DNA of 64,000 nucleotides from Dehalococcoidia bacterium (lineage in GTDB: Bacteria > Chloroflexota > Dehalococcoidia > Bin125): contig JAJEBU010000126.1 of assembly GCA_022822375.1 (NCBI GenBank), positions 68,659-132,658 of the forward strand, in the 5' to 3' direction. The position numbers were made by a program, and so were the translations under genes. The first letter of the stretch is position 1; each line of letters opens with the position of its first letter. A model generated the notes under the pieces. The model did no database searches and was not told the origin of the DNA. It saw only the letters and a list, made by a program, of their open reading frames with translations. Of this stretch, positions 19,693 to 29,145 are shown piece after piece.

Positions 19693-20180
19693 CCCTTGAC
19701 ACTGACTGGCCGCCTTCCATAACGGATGGCCGCACGACGATCGAGCCGATCTCGCCGGCACGTGTCGCCGCGGACTGGCTCGGCGAAGCGGCTCGGGCCG
19801 TCGCCGGGCGCGCTGAACCGATCCATCTGCAGCAACGCCTGGACGCTGGCGACATCGGTTGGTGGATCGTGGGCGACGGCAACGTCGTCGGTGCGTTGAG
19901 CGCTCGGATCGAGGCGTCCAGCGCGATCTGGACGTGGCTCGCCATCGATGCTCGCTGGCGGGCCTTCGGCTTTGGCGGAGCGGCCGTGCCGCTCTTCGAA
20001 GACGCGGCGAGCCAACGGGGCGCCAACGAGGCGCTGGTTCCGCTGCCCGCCGACAATGGAGTCGCGCTCTACTTCTGGCTACGCTTGGGATACGTCCCGT
20101 TGCGGTCCGGCAATGTCTCGGACCGCGTCTGGATGCGCCGCAGCCTCTCCGACGTCGATACAACCGATTCTGCAACTTGA
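19689..20180 (+). CDS. GNAT-family N-acetyltransferase-like protein
   Basis: 163 aa overlapping the dinG stop (GTGA). C-terminal ...FGFGGAAVPLFEDAASQRGANEALVPLPADNGVALYFWLRLGYVP resembles the GNAT acetyl-CoA binding core. Confidence 0.55.
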   Translation: MTLDTDWPPSITDGRTTIEPISPARVAADWLGEAARAVAGRAEPIHLQQRLDAGDIGWWIVGDGNVVGALSARIEASSAIWTWLAIDARWRAFGFGGAAVPLFEDAASQRGANEALVPLPADNGVALYFWLRLGYVPLRSGNVSDRVWMRRSLSDVDTTDSAT

Positions 20181-20190
20181 GGAGTCTGAC

Positions 20191-20619
20191 ATGTCCCTGG
20201 TCATCCCGGACGAGGTGCGGGAACGGGTCAACGAGGCGTTGAACGAGGGCTTTCCATTGGCCTTCCATGCCGTCAGCGCCGACTCGCAGCCGATCGTCAG
20301 CTTTCGCGGCAGCGCGCAGACGCACGGCGACGACTCGCTCGCCATCTGGGTGCGTTCCGACCCATCGGCCACGCTTGAGGCCATCGCGCAGAATCCGAGC
20401 GTCGCCATGACTTACACGAACATGCCGGCGCGCAAGTTCTGGATCTTCCGCGGGCAGGCGTCGCTCGTCACTGACGAGGCACAGCGCAACCAGATTTGGG
20501 AAGGTCAGCACCCGCTCGAACAATCGCGCGACGAGCAGCGCACGGGCAAGGCGGTGGTGGTGCGGCTGGATTCGATCCAGGGCAGCGGGGTCGACCTGCG
20601 CCGTGAATCAACCGACTAG
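20191..20619 (+). CDS. Pyridoxamine 5'-phosphate oxidase-family (F420/FMN-binding split-barrel) protein
   Basis: ATG 20191 preceded by GGAG. 142 aa with PNPOx-like split-barrel pattern (PLAFHAVSADSQPIVSFRGS...SVAMTYTN...KFWIFRGQASLV). Confidence 0.7.
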   Translation: MSLVIPDEVRERVNEALNEGFPLAFHAVSADSQPIVSFRGSAQTHGDDSLAIWVRSDPSATLEAIAQNPSVAMTYTNMPARKFWIFRGQASLVTDEAQRNQIWEGQHPLEQSRDEQRTGKAVVVRLDSIQGSGVDLRRESTD

Positions 20620-20910
20620 CGGGAGCGATCCCGCCGCGACTGGATCCTGCGGCGCAGCAAGCGTCCGCCGCCGAGACCGGCCATCAGGACGCCAATCCAC
20701 AGGACGACGGACTCCACGATCCCACCGGCGCTGGTGAAGGCCCAGCCGAGCCAAATGCCCAGGCCGGCCGCGGTGACGATTCCAGCGGTCGGCAAGCGGC
20801 GCTGATGCTGAGTCGACTCGAGCGGTTCGCTGATCTGCGGTGCAGGCGGAGCCGTCGGCCCGGCGCTGGACCCGCGTCGTCGTCGTCGCCGAGGTCGCTG
20901 ACGCGGCACG

Positions 20911-21282
20911 TCAACGCCTCCGCCGTGCGAGGTCGCGGGCGCTAGCCCCAGGCGCAGCGCGTCGCACGCGTGAACGCGGTGCGTCCGATGCCGCCGTCGG
21001 TTCGACTGGCGCTGACGGCGGCAGTGACAGCGTCGATGGCTCGGCGGACGCCGAGCCTTGCTGGTCGAGACAGTTGCGGCAGGCGAACTGCAACGCCATC
21101 GTCTCGTCATCGATCCAAACATCACCGCAGTCAGGTCCGTCAGCAGTGACGGTCATGCGCAGGTGAAAGTACTCACCGCAGCGGTAGCAGTCCGAGCGGG
21201 CATCGGGGCGCGTTAGCTCGCCGCAGACGCAACAGGCCCAGGCCTCGTCCTCGTTCGCTGCGTTGGATTCAGCGGTCGTCAT
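20911..21282 (-). CDS. Zinc-ribbon protein with Pro/Ala-rich linker (possibly N-terminal part of a frameshifted membrane-anchored protein, see findings)
   Basis: MTTAESNAANEDEAWACCVCGELTRPDARSDCYRCGEYFHLRMTVTADGPDCGDVWIDDETMALQFACRNCLDQ has multiple Cys pairs, followed by a PA-rich linker. ATG at 21282 overlaps the cca stop by 14 nt. Confidence 0.6.
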   Translation of the reverse strand: MTTAESNAANEDEAWACCVCGELTRPDARSDCYRCGEYFHLRMTVTADGPDCGDVWIDDETMALQFACRNCLDQQGSASAEPSTLSLPPSAPVEPTAASDAPRSRVRRAAPGASARDLARRRR

Positions 21283-22513
21283 CTGCCAATCGTATCCGCT
21301 CTTCGAACCGGGCGATCGCTTCGCCATCGGCGGCGTCCAGGTCGCCGTCCCACAGCGCCGCCTCAATGATTGATAGCCACCGTCCCACACGCGGCCCTAC
21401 AGGAGTGCCCAGTTCCAGGATGCGTCGAGCGGAGATCGGCGATTGCATCGCATCCCGCCGCGCCAGAAAGTCCGAGACCGCCGCACCGGATGGACCGTCC
21501 CAGAGACGCGCGGCAGCCTCAAGCGGATCATCGGGAACGCCGCGCAGCGCGACGGCGATGGCCGACGGTCGCTTCAGCTGGCCGAGTCGTCGACGCTGGC
21601 GTCGAAGGGCGCGGCCGGCATCCACTGACGTCCGCTCGGAACGTGTCAGCCCGACTGATTGTGGCAGCAACCTCACGGTGCTCTCAGGCTGCGTGAGACC
21701 GACGCTCGACCAGAACATGTCCGGCGACTCTGCTGCCTGAAGAACAGCTGCCGGCAAGGTCCAGGACGCCAATCGCCCCTGCGGAATCTGTAACCGACGC
21801 GCCCAGTCGAGCGCCGCAACGGCATCTGGCTCCTGCAGCAGCAACCGCCAGGCGTCGCCAAACCGCTCGGCCGTGAGCTGCGCCAAGTGCGCTCGATGCC
21901 GCCGCGCCTCGGCGCGGGTCTGCGGAGCAACCGATCCGCCGATCCGAGCGGCGTAGCGGGCGGCGCGGATCAGGCGCGTCGGGTCGTCTCGGAACGACAG
22001 GTCGTGCAACGTGCGGATCGTGCGCGATCTGACATCTCGGGCGGCGCCGAACGGATCGATCAACTCGCCCCGCCGGGCAACCGTCAGGGCCAGCGCGACG
22101 CTGTGGATCGTGAAGTCGCGGCGAGCCAGGTCGACATCAATCGACGCCACCGCCACCACGGGCAGCGCACCCGGCGACGTGTACGTCTCCGACCGAGTGC
22201 GCGCCAGATCGATCGACGAACCGTCCGGCAGCTGCGCCCGGGCCGTGCCGAACCGATCATGGACGCTGGGGCGCTGGCCCGCAGCCTGGGCCAGCACACC
22301 GTGCAAGATCGACGGGTCGCCGTCGACTGCGAGATCGAGGTCAAGCGGCCGGTTGGCCTCCAGTCCGATCAAGATGTCCCGCAGGACACCGCCGACCGCG
22401 TAGACATCGATGCCTTCGTTCTGCGATACTTCACATAACGCTTCGAACGCGGCCAACGCCGCCTCAGAGCGTTGCGCGATGTGTCCGCGCAGTTGATCGA
22501 TCAGGTTCGGATG
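21269..22513 (-). CDS. cca: CCA-adding enzyme / poly(A) polymerase-family tRNA nucleotidyltransferase
   Basis: VYAVGGVLRDILIG...DLDLAV nucleotidyltransferase head motif (GGxVRD ... DxD). ATG at 22513 (MSAHPNLIDQL). Confidence 0.8.
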   Translation of the reverse strand, partial: HPNLIDQLRGHIAQRSEAALAAFEALCEVSQNEGIDVYAVGGVLRDILIGLEANRPLDLDLAVDGDPSILHGVLAQAAGQRPSVHDRFGTARAQLPDGSSIDLARTRSETYTSPGALPVVAVASIDVDLARRDFTIHSVALALTVARRGELIDPFGAARDVRSRTIRTLHDLSFRDDPTRLIRAARYAARIGGSVAPQTRAEARRHRAHLAQLTAERFGDAWRLLLQEPDAVAALDWARRLQIPQGRLASWTLPAAVLQAAESPDMFWSSVGLTQPESTVRLLPQSVGLTRSERTSVDAGRALRRQRRRLGQLKRPSAIAVALRGVPDDPLEAAARLWDGPSGAAVSDFLARRDAMQSPISARRILELGTPVGPRVGRWLSIIEAALWDGDLDAADGEAIARFEERIRLADDDR

Positions 22514-22582
22514 GGCGCTCATGACTCCAACACGCCTTCCACAGCTGCAACCTACTAGCGGAGTCGGACGGAGGCGGCGCTG

Positions 22583-23305
22583 ATGCCGGCCGCTGGCGTG
22601 TCCGACAAGATGCTCAACGTGCTGCAGCAGCGGCTCGCCTACCAGTTTGACAACGTCGGACTGCTGCGGGAGGCGCTGGTGCACCGTTCCTGGTTGAATG
22701 AGTCGAGCGACCCGACGATCCGCTCGAACGAGCGGCTGGAGCATCTCGGCGATGCGGCGCTCGAGGCGTTCGTGACCCTGCGGCTCTTCCTTGACTTCCC
22801 CGACGCGACCGAGGGCTGGATGACGACCGCTCGCTCGTCGTTAGTGCGCAACCAGACGCTGGCCCAGATTGGACGCGAGTTGCGACTGGGCGATTGTCTG
22901 TCGATGAGCCCCGGCATCTCGCGGAGCGGCGGACGCGACAACGACCACATTCTGAGCTGCGCGCTCGAGGCCGTGATCGGCGCGATCTGGCTCGATGGCG
23001 GCGACCGCGCCGCCCGTGACATGATCGACCGCCTCTTCGACGAACGGATCTCGGCGATCTCAGAGACGTTCCACCTCCTGGACGCCAAGTCTCGGTTGCA
23101 GCACTACTCCCAACGCAGCGACGGGACGAAGCCCTGCTACCGCATCGTCTTCGAATCTGGTCCGTCGCACGATCCCGTGTTTCGCGCCGAAGTCTCTGTC
23201 TTTGGCGAGGCCGTCGCCGAGGCTGAGGGCCGTTCGAAGCAGACCGCCGAGCTCGCGGCCGCACAGCGTGCGCTGGAGATTCTCGGCGTCGAGAACTTCG
23301 ACTGA
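22583..23305 (+). CDS. rnc: Ribonuclease III
   Basis: RNase III signature NERLEHLGDAAL, catalytic ...SCALEAVIGAIWLDGG, and a C-terminal dsRBD (...GPSHDPVFRAEVSVFGEAVAEAEGRSKQTAELAAAQRALE). Confidence 0.88.
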   Translation: MPAAGVSDKMLNVLQQRLAYQFDNVGLLREALVHRSWLNESSDPTIRSNERLEHLGDAALEAFVTLRLFLDFPDATEGWMTTARSSLVRNQTLAQIGRELRLGDCLSMSPGISRSGGRDNDHILSCALEAVIGAIWLDGGDRAARDMIDRLFDERISAISETFHLLDAKSRLQHYSQRSDGTKPCYRIVFESGPSHDPVFRAEVSVFGEAVAEAEGRSKQTAELAAAQRALEILGVENFD

Positions 23306-23362
23306 TCGAGTGGAAACACTCCGCGCACACAGCAGTCGAGACTCTGCCCTACGCTGATCGGC

Positions 23363-24034
23363 ATGACAGACGCACATCGATTCGTTCACGCCGTCTGGAC
23401 GCCCGCCGGGCCCGGCCCGCATCCCACGCTGTTTGCGTTGCACGGACACGGCGCGCACTGCCAGGACCTCGCGCCGCTCGCGCCGTTGCTGGCCGATGGG
23501 CAGCTGCAGGTGATCTGTCCGCAGGCCGAGTTTCCGCTGGAGGGCGCTCCGTACTCCTACGCCCCGATGTACACCTGGATGCAGAGAGGCGCCAACGACC
23601 GGCCGCTTGAGGGCGAACTCGAGCGCGTGTCCAACGCGCTGTCGGAGTTCATCACGGCGGCGTCGGAGCGCTACCACGCCGACTCGACACGCACCGCGCT
23701 GATGGGGTTCTCGCAGGGCGGCTTCCTCGCCTATCGGCTCGCGCTCAGCGAGCCTCAGCGATGGCAAGGTGCTGCAATGCTCTCGACCTGGCTCTCGGAT
23801 GACGCTGCCGATGACGTGCACCCCGATGCCGCCGACCTGCCGCTGCTGGTCCAGCATGGCACGAACGACCCGCTCGTCGGTATCGACCGTGGCCGCACGT
23901 CGCGCGACCGTTTGCAGTCCATGCGGATGAACCTGGACTACCGCGAGTACCCAATGCAGCACGAGATCGGCCGTCAGGCGCTGCATGACCTCTCGGCCTG
24001 GTTGTCCGAACGTCTGCTGAACGAGGCCGACTGA
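23363..24034 (+). CDS. Phospholipase/carboxylesterase-family alpha/beta hydrolase
   Basis: Nucleophile elbow GFSQGG, plus HG oxyanion motif (LHGHGA) and distal Asp/His. Confidence 0.75.
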   Translation: MTDAHRFVHAVWTPAGPGPHPTLFALHGHGAHCQDLAPLAPLLADGQLQVICPQAEFPLEGAPYSYAPMYTWMQRGANDRPLEGELERVSNALSEFITAASERYHADSTRTALMGFSQGGFLAYRLALSEPQRWQGAAMLSTWLSDDAADDVHPDAADLPLLVQHGTNDPLVGIDRGRTSRDRLQSMRMNLDYREYPMQHEIGRQALHDLSAWLSERLLNEAD

Positions 24035-25026
24035 TGGTCAGGCTGCTCTCCCGCTTCCGCCGCGGCTCCGATGCTCGGCAACAGCAAGAGCAAGACGCGG
24101 AAGTCCGCGACGCCATCACGCGCAGCGCCGCCAACACCCGTGGCGGACAGTTGAGCGCGCTGCGCCGCATCTTCAAGCGGAACAAGGTCGACGACGACTT
24201 CTGGGAAGAACTGGAAGAGACGCTGATTCTCGGAGACGTCGGCGGCGCGAACTCAGCTCGCTGGATTGAAGAACTGCAGCGCGAGTCAGCCGGTCTCGAC
24301 GCCTCCGGCGTACGTGATCTACTGCGGAGCCGCATGATCGCGAGCCTCGATCGGCCGAGCAGCAGCGGCGCGTTGTGGGACACCACGGACGGGCAATCTG
24401 CGCCCGAGACGCCGCACGTCGTGCTGGTCGTCGGCGTCAACGGCGCCGGCAAGACCACATCAATCGCCAAGCTGGCGCATGCGTATCAGGAGGAAGGTCA
24501 GTCGGTGCTCCTCGCCGCAGCCGACACCTTCCGCGCGGCGGCCATCGAGCAGCTGCAAACCTGGGGCGGACGGCTCGACGCGCCAGTGATCGCGCATCAG
24601 CCGGGGTCGGACCCCGGCGCGGTTGCCTACGATGCCATCGAAGCGGCCGTCTCGCGCGGCGCGGACCTCGTCCTGATTGATACCGCGGGCCGCTTGCAAA
24701 CACAGAAGAACCTGATGGCCGAGCTGGGCAAGGTGCGCCGCGTGATCGAGTCCAAGCACGCCGGCGCTCCGCATGAGGTGCTGCTCGTCATCGATGCCAC
24801 GAGCGGCCAGAACGCGCTCAGCCAGGCGCGCCAATTCTCCGACGCGACCGACGTGACGGCGGTCTGTTTGGCCAAGCTCGACGGCACCAGCAAGGGCGGC
24901 ATCGTCTTTGCCATCGCCGAGGAGCTCGGCATTCCGGTTCGCTTTGCAGGAACCGGCGAACAGTTGGGGGACATCGCCCCGTTCGACGCCACCGCATTTG
25001 TCGACGCGCTGCTGACAGACGACTAG
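24034..25026 (+). CDS. ftsY: Signal recognition particle receptor FtsY
   Basis: NG domain: GVNGAGKTTSIAKLA, DTAGR, LAKLDGTSKGG. ATG overlaps the upstream stop (TGATG). Confidence 0.9.
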   Translation: MVRLLSRFRRGSDARQQQEQDAEVRDAITRSAANTRGGQLSALRRIFKRNKVDDDFWEELEETLILGDVGGANSARWIEELQRESAGLDASGVRDLLRSRMIASLDRPSSSGALWDTTDGQSAPETPHVVLVVGVNGAGKTTSIAKLAHAYQEEGQSVLLAAADTFRAAAIEQLQTWGGRLDAPVIAHQPGSDPGAVAYDAIEAAVSRGADLVLIDTAGRLQTQKNLMAELGKVRRVIESKHAGAPHEVLLVIDATSGQNALSQARQFSDATDVTAVCLAKLDGTSKGGIVFAIAEELGIPVRFAGTGEQLGDIAPFDATAFVDALLTDD

Positions 25027-25077
25027 CGGCGGCTGATCGCACGTACGCTGCGCCCAAGCTGGAAAGGTTGGTCCGCA

Positions 25078-26127
25078 ATGAGCCTGGTGCGAGGCTGGTC
25101 ACAACGGCGGCTCATATTGATCGGCGGAATCGCCGCTGCAGGTGTCGCGTTGATCGCCATCGTGCTCTGGCAGGTTGGACTGTTCGACAGCGCACCACCG
25201 CCGGCCAGCCTGGAATCGGCAGTGGAGTCGTTGCGCGATCAACAGGAAACGCAGCAGTCAACTGAGCAGACTCAGACGCAAACGCAAGTTAGCGCCGCGC
25301 CACAGGCATCGGGACAGCAAGAGCAAGCCGCAGCGCGGCAGTCCGAGGACGCTTCGGCCGCGTCCGACGGCTACGGAGGCTCCAGCACAAGTGCCGAACC
25401 ACAAGCAGCGGAAGATGCTCAGCCATCGGCCGACACCGCGATGGCCTATGAGGAACCGCAGCAGGCTGAATCTGAGCAGCCCGAGCCGCCGGCCGAGCAG
25501 GAACAACAGGCACAGCCTGCCGAGCCGCAGCAAACCGCTCAGCCGTCAGACGCCGGGGACCAGGACAGCCCTGTCTCCGCCCCGCTCGCAGACCTGGCCG
25601 GGACGTGGACCCTGTCCGAACAGGGTGAGTCGTTCGTCGGCTACCGCATTGGCGAGGAGCTGGCCCAGATCGGCACGACGACCGCTGTGGGGCGGACCAG
25701 CGAGATCGTGGCGAGCCTCGTGTTCGACGGTTCAGCGATCACGACTGTCGAGATCACCGCTGACCTGCGCACGCTGCGCAGCGACCAGAGCTTCCGCGAC
25801 GGCGCATTGCGCACTCGCGGCCTCGAGACCGACACGTATCCGTGGGGCATCTTCAGATTGACCGAGCCGATTCCCATCGACGCGCTGCCCAGGGGTGACG
25901 GACCGCTCAGTGCGACGGCCGCCGGCACGCTCGAAGTCCACGGCGTGACCAACAACGTCACGATCGCGCTCGAAGGCCGCTACGTCGATGGCTTCGTTGT
26001 GGTGGTCGGCTCGACGGACTTCGTCCTGGCCGACTACGACATCGAGAAACCGACGGGCTTCCGCGTCCTGTCGATCGAGGATGCGGGGGTCATGGAGTTC
26101 CAGTTGGTACTGGAACGGACGGAATGA
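25078..26127 (+). CDS. Membrane-anchored YceI-family (polyisoprenoid-binding-like) protein with Q/E/A-rich disordered linker
   Basis: N-terminal TM helix, ~150 aa low-complexity acidic/Gln-rich segment, then a YceI-like beta-barrel (ADLAGTWTLS...VEITADLRTLRSDQSFRD...GLETDTYPW...TLEVHGVTN). Confidence 0.7.
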   Translation: MSLVRGWSQRRLILIGGIAAAGVALIAIVLWQVGLFDSAPPPASLESAVESLRDQQETQQSTEQTQTQTQVSAAPQASGQQEQAAARQSEDASAASDGYGGSSTSAEPQAAEDAQPSADTAMAYEEPQQAESEQPEPPAEQEQQAQPAEPQQTAQPSDAGDQDSPVSAPLADLAGTWTLSEQGESFVGYRIGEELAQIGTTTAVGRTSEIVASLVFDGSAITTVEITADLRTLRSDQSFRDGALRTRGLETDTYPWGIFRLTEPIPIDALPRGDGPLSATAAGTLEVHGVTNNVTIALEGRYVDGFVVVVGSTDFVLADYDIEKPTGFRVLSIEDAGVMEFQLVLERTE

Positions 26128-26251
26128 GCCTGGCTGGGGCGTCAGTTCTTCAGTTATGTCGCGCCGCCGACTGGATTGCCAACATAACCAATATAGTGCG
26201 ATCATGATGATTGCCCGGCTCAACCGCTCCGCCGGCCCTCCGCCCGCTCGC

Positions 26252-26567
26252 TCAGCTCCGCTCGTTCAGGGTGGCCAGATCAAACTTCAGATTGCCGAAG
26301 GAATCCTGCTCAACGTTCGTGATCTCCCCTTCGGCGTCGAGATGGCCGATGATCTGGAACAAATCCACGCTGCGCAGATCTTCCTCGGCGTGCTCCATCA
26401 GCATCGTGACCGTGAGTCGCTCGCGGCGTCCGACACGGCGCGATTCTGCCAGGAGCGCCCGGCGGACGGTGTCCACATCGGCCATCGTCGCTGACGCGGC
26501 CTTCGTCGCCTCACGCACCTCGTTCAACGCGCCCAGCCGACGCCGCAGCCCGTCAAAGAGTCCCATC
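26252..26567 (-). CDS. hypothetical protein (~104 aa)
   Basis: MGLFDGLRRRLGALNEVREATKAASATMADVDTV... 15-nt overlap with the upstream gene's 3' end. No recognised domain. Confidence 0.45.
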
Positions 26568-27134
26568 GCCGTCCTCCAGGGCGCCCCGCAGCAACGCGAG
26601 GCCATCAGGATGACCGCCGGTCAGGGCCGCCATCCTCGACTCGGCCACGCCGCCCAGCCGCCAGAGCGTGGTGAGCAATCGCGCAGCCGCCTGCCACTCG
26701 TCGTCTGACGCGGGCAAGTCATCGAGCGGCGCGTGGCCCCGCGCGAGGATCACAGCCCGGCGTCCATCCGCAGCGTCCGCCTCGGCGCCAAACTCTTCAA
26801 TGACCTGCTCAAACTCATGCTCGGCGTGATCAAGCTCGTTCCGAGCGAGCCGGACCGTCCCATGCACAATGCGAGAGTCGACATCGTAGGGCCGATCATC
26901 GGCCGCAGCGTAGGCGCAGCGCTGCGCGTCCTCGACGTTGCCTTGAAACAGCGACCGCCAGGCAGAGGCAACGAGATCGCCCCGAACATCGACCGCGACG
27001 GCCGGCTCGGCCGCGCTCGTGATCTCATCGATCCGCGCGCCTGCTCGCATCAGACGCTCAGCGAGCCGCAACGACTCGATTGCCGCCCGCTCGCGCTCCG
27101 AGCGTTGAAGTCCCAGGCGGGTCAGCAGGCTCAC
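26553..27134 (-). CDS. hypothetical acidic protein (193 aa)
   Basis: Balanced composition, no recognised motif. Divergent from dinB (start 27193), 58-bp shared upstream region. Confidence 0.5.
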   Translation of the reverse strand: MSLLTRLGLQRSERERAAIESLRLAERLMRAGARIDEITSAAEPAVAVDVRGDLVASAWRSLFQGNVEDAQRCAYAAADDRPYDVDSRIVHGTVRLARNELDHAEHEFEQVIEEFGAEADAADGRRAVILARGHAPLDDLPASDDEWQAAARLLTTLWRLGGVAESRMAALTGGHPDGLALLRGALEDGDGTL

Positions 27135-27192
27135 TGGATGCTCCTAGGGAAGCTGGCCATGATTCGCGACGCTGGATTGTTAGCGTACAAGC

Positions 27193-28431
27193 GTGACGAT
27201 CCCGCCCGAGGCGCCGCTCCGGCACATCATCCACGCCGACATGGACGCGTTCTTCGCGTCGGTCGAGCAGCGCGATCGTCCCGAGCTGCGCGGCAGGCCG
27301 GTGCTGGTCGGCGGATCGCCGAAGGGCCGCGGTGTGGTCGCCGCGGCGTCGTATGAGTCGCGCGCCTTCGGCTGCCGCTCGGCGATGCCGATGCGGACGG
27401 CGGTGCGGCTCTGCCCGCACGCGGAAGTCGTGCGGCCACGCTTTTCCCGCTACCGCGAGGTCTCGGCGCAAATCATGGCTATCTTCCGCGACGTTTCGCC
27501 GCTGGTCGAGCCGCTCTCGGTGGACGAGGCATTCATCGACATCAGCCACCGCGTCGCGCAGGGATCGCGGCCGGCGGAGTTGGCCCAGTGGGTCCGAGAG
27601 CGCGTCGCCGCCGAAACCGAGCTGACGGTCTCTTGCGGCGTGGCGACGAGCAAGTCCGTGGCCAAGATCGCCTCCGATCAGCACAAGCCCGATGGCCTCA
27701 CCGTCGTCCCGCCTGGTACCGAAGCTGACTTCCTCGCGCCGCTGCCGATCTCCGACCTCTGGGGAGTTGGTCCGAAGACCGCCGCGCGGTTGCGCGAGGC
27801 CGGCATCAAGACAATCGGCGACCTGGCCGAACGTCCCGTGCCCTGGCTCATGGACCGCTTCGGTTCACGCGGGGAGGCCTTCTCCCAGTTGGCGCGCGGT
27901 CTCGACGACCGCGGCGTCTCGACCGAGCGGCAGACGAAGTCGATCTCGTCGGAAACAACGTTCGCTGAGGACATCGGCGCAGCGGCGACGCTGCGCAACG
28001 TCGTCGGGCAACAATCATCCGCCGTCGCCAAACGGCTCGGAGAACAGGGCTATCGGGCGCGCACGGTTCAGCTGAAGTTTCGTCTCGCAGACTTTACGAC
28101 CTTCACACGGCAGCGCACGTTATCCGTCACGACCACTGACGCCGCGGTGATCGAGCGCACGGCGCTCTCGTTGCTGGATGAACAGTTGTTGCCGTCGCGC
28201 CGCTTCCGACTGCTGGGCGTGGGCGTCTCGGGGCTCGAGCAGCAGCCCGAGGCACATCAGCTATCGATGTTCGACGACTCTGGCTCGTCGAACGTGGAAC
28301 CACCGATGTCCGCCGCGCGTCGTGAGCGGCAGCGGGCGGTCGACGATGCGGTGCGCGAGCTGAACGAGCGGTTTGGCGATATCGTCCAGTTCGGCACGCT
28401 CGCCAATGCCACGGATGGAGACCCACCATGA
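27193..28431 (+). CDS. dinB: DNA polymerase IV (Y-family)
   Basis: HIIHADMDAFFASVEQRDRPELRGRPVLVGG... is the canonical DinB N-terminus, followed by the SVDEAFID catalytic motif. Confidence 0.9.
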   Translation: MTIPPEAPLRHIIHADMDAFFASVEQRDRPELRGRPVLVGGSPKGRGVVAAASYESRAFGCRSAMPMRTAVRLCPHAEVVRPRFSRYREVSAQIMAIFRDVSPLVEPLSVDEAFIDISHRVAQGSRPAELAQWVRERVAAETELTVSCGVATSKSVAKIASDQHKPDGLTVVPPGTEADFLAPLPISDLWGVGPKTAARLREAGIKTIGDLAERPVPWLMDRFGSRGEAFSQLARGLDDRGVSTERQTKSISSETTFAEDIGAAATLRNVVGQQSSAVAKRLGEQGYRARTVQLKFRLADFTTFTRQRTLSVTTTDAAVIERTALSLLDEQLLPSRRFRLLGVGVSGLEQQPEAHQLSMFDDSGSSNVEPPMSAARRERQRAVDDAVRELNERFGDIVQFGTLANATDGDPP

Positions 28432-29114
28432 TGCACCCTCGCGACGCCGCCGTCATCTCGTTCGATTGCTACGGCACGTTGATCGACTGGCACGCCGGCG
28501 TGCGCAACTGGCTGGCCTCCACGCCGCAGCTGCGGGATCTGAACGCGGCCGAGTTCACCGCGCGGCGGATCGCCGTTGAGCTCGAAGTCGAGCACGAACG
28601 CTACCGCCCGTATGACGACGTACTGGCGATCTCGATCCAACGCACGGCGTCGGAGTACGGCGTTGAGCTGGACGACCACACGGCGCGGTCATTCGCCGCG
28701 TCGATTGCAGCATGGCCGGTCTATCAGGACGCCGCCGGCTTTCTGCGTCGTCTGGCGGCCGTCGGAACGCCGCTCGCCATCCTCTCCAATGTCACGCGGG
28801 CCAGCCTGGGTGTCAGCGTTCGCAAGCTGGGCGCCGACTTCGATCAGCTGGTCACGGCCGAGGATGTGCGCAGCTACAAGCCTGATCCGCCGCACTGGCA
28901 GACGCTGTGGGCATCACGAGGCATCTCGGCGGCGCAGCAGCTGCACGTGGCCGGATCGATCCCGCATGACATTCGGCCGGCGTCTGAGCTGGGCGCGGCG
29001 ACCGTCTGGGTGCGGCGGATGAACGAGCCAATGCCGTCGGACGTTCAGCCCGACCTGACCGTGTCCTCGCTGGCCGAACTCGGTGACTACTGGCGCCTGC
29101 CGTACAGGCGATAG
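28428..29114 (+). CDS. HAD-superfamily hydrolase (haloacid dehalogenase type II-like)
   Basis: Motif I ISFDCYGTLIDW, motif II LSNV, distal SYKPDP...GD. Overlaps the dinB stop (ATGA). Confidence 0.78.
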   Translation: MMHPRDAAVISFDCYGTLIDWHAGVRNWLASTPQLRDLNAAEFTARRIAVELEVEHERYRPYDDVLAISIQRTASEYGVELDDHTARSFAASIAAWPVYQDAAGFLRRLAAVGTPLAILSNVTRASLGVSVRKLGADFDQLVTAEDVRSYKPDPPHWQTLWASRGISAAQQLHVAGSIPHDIRPASELGAATVWVRRMNEPMPSDVQPDLTVSSLAELGDYWRLPYRR

Positions 29115-29145
29115 CATCAGCACAGATATCAACAGGAGGTGGTCG

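Noticed and set aside
19273-20523. 416-aa minus-strand ORF
   Set aside because: Antisense across the dinG 3' end, the GNAT gene and the PPOX gene. Arg/Pro-rich junk.
22614-23330. 238-aa minus-strand ORF
   Set aside because: Antisense to rnc (RNase III signature ERLEHLGDAAL on +). Arg/Ser-rich.
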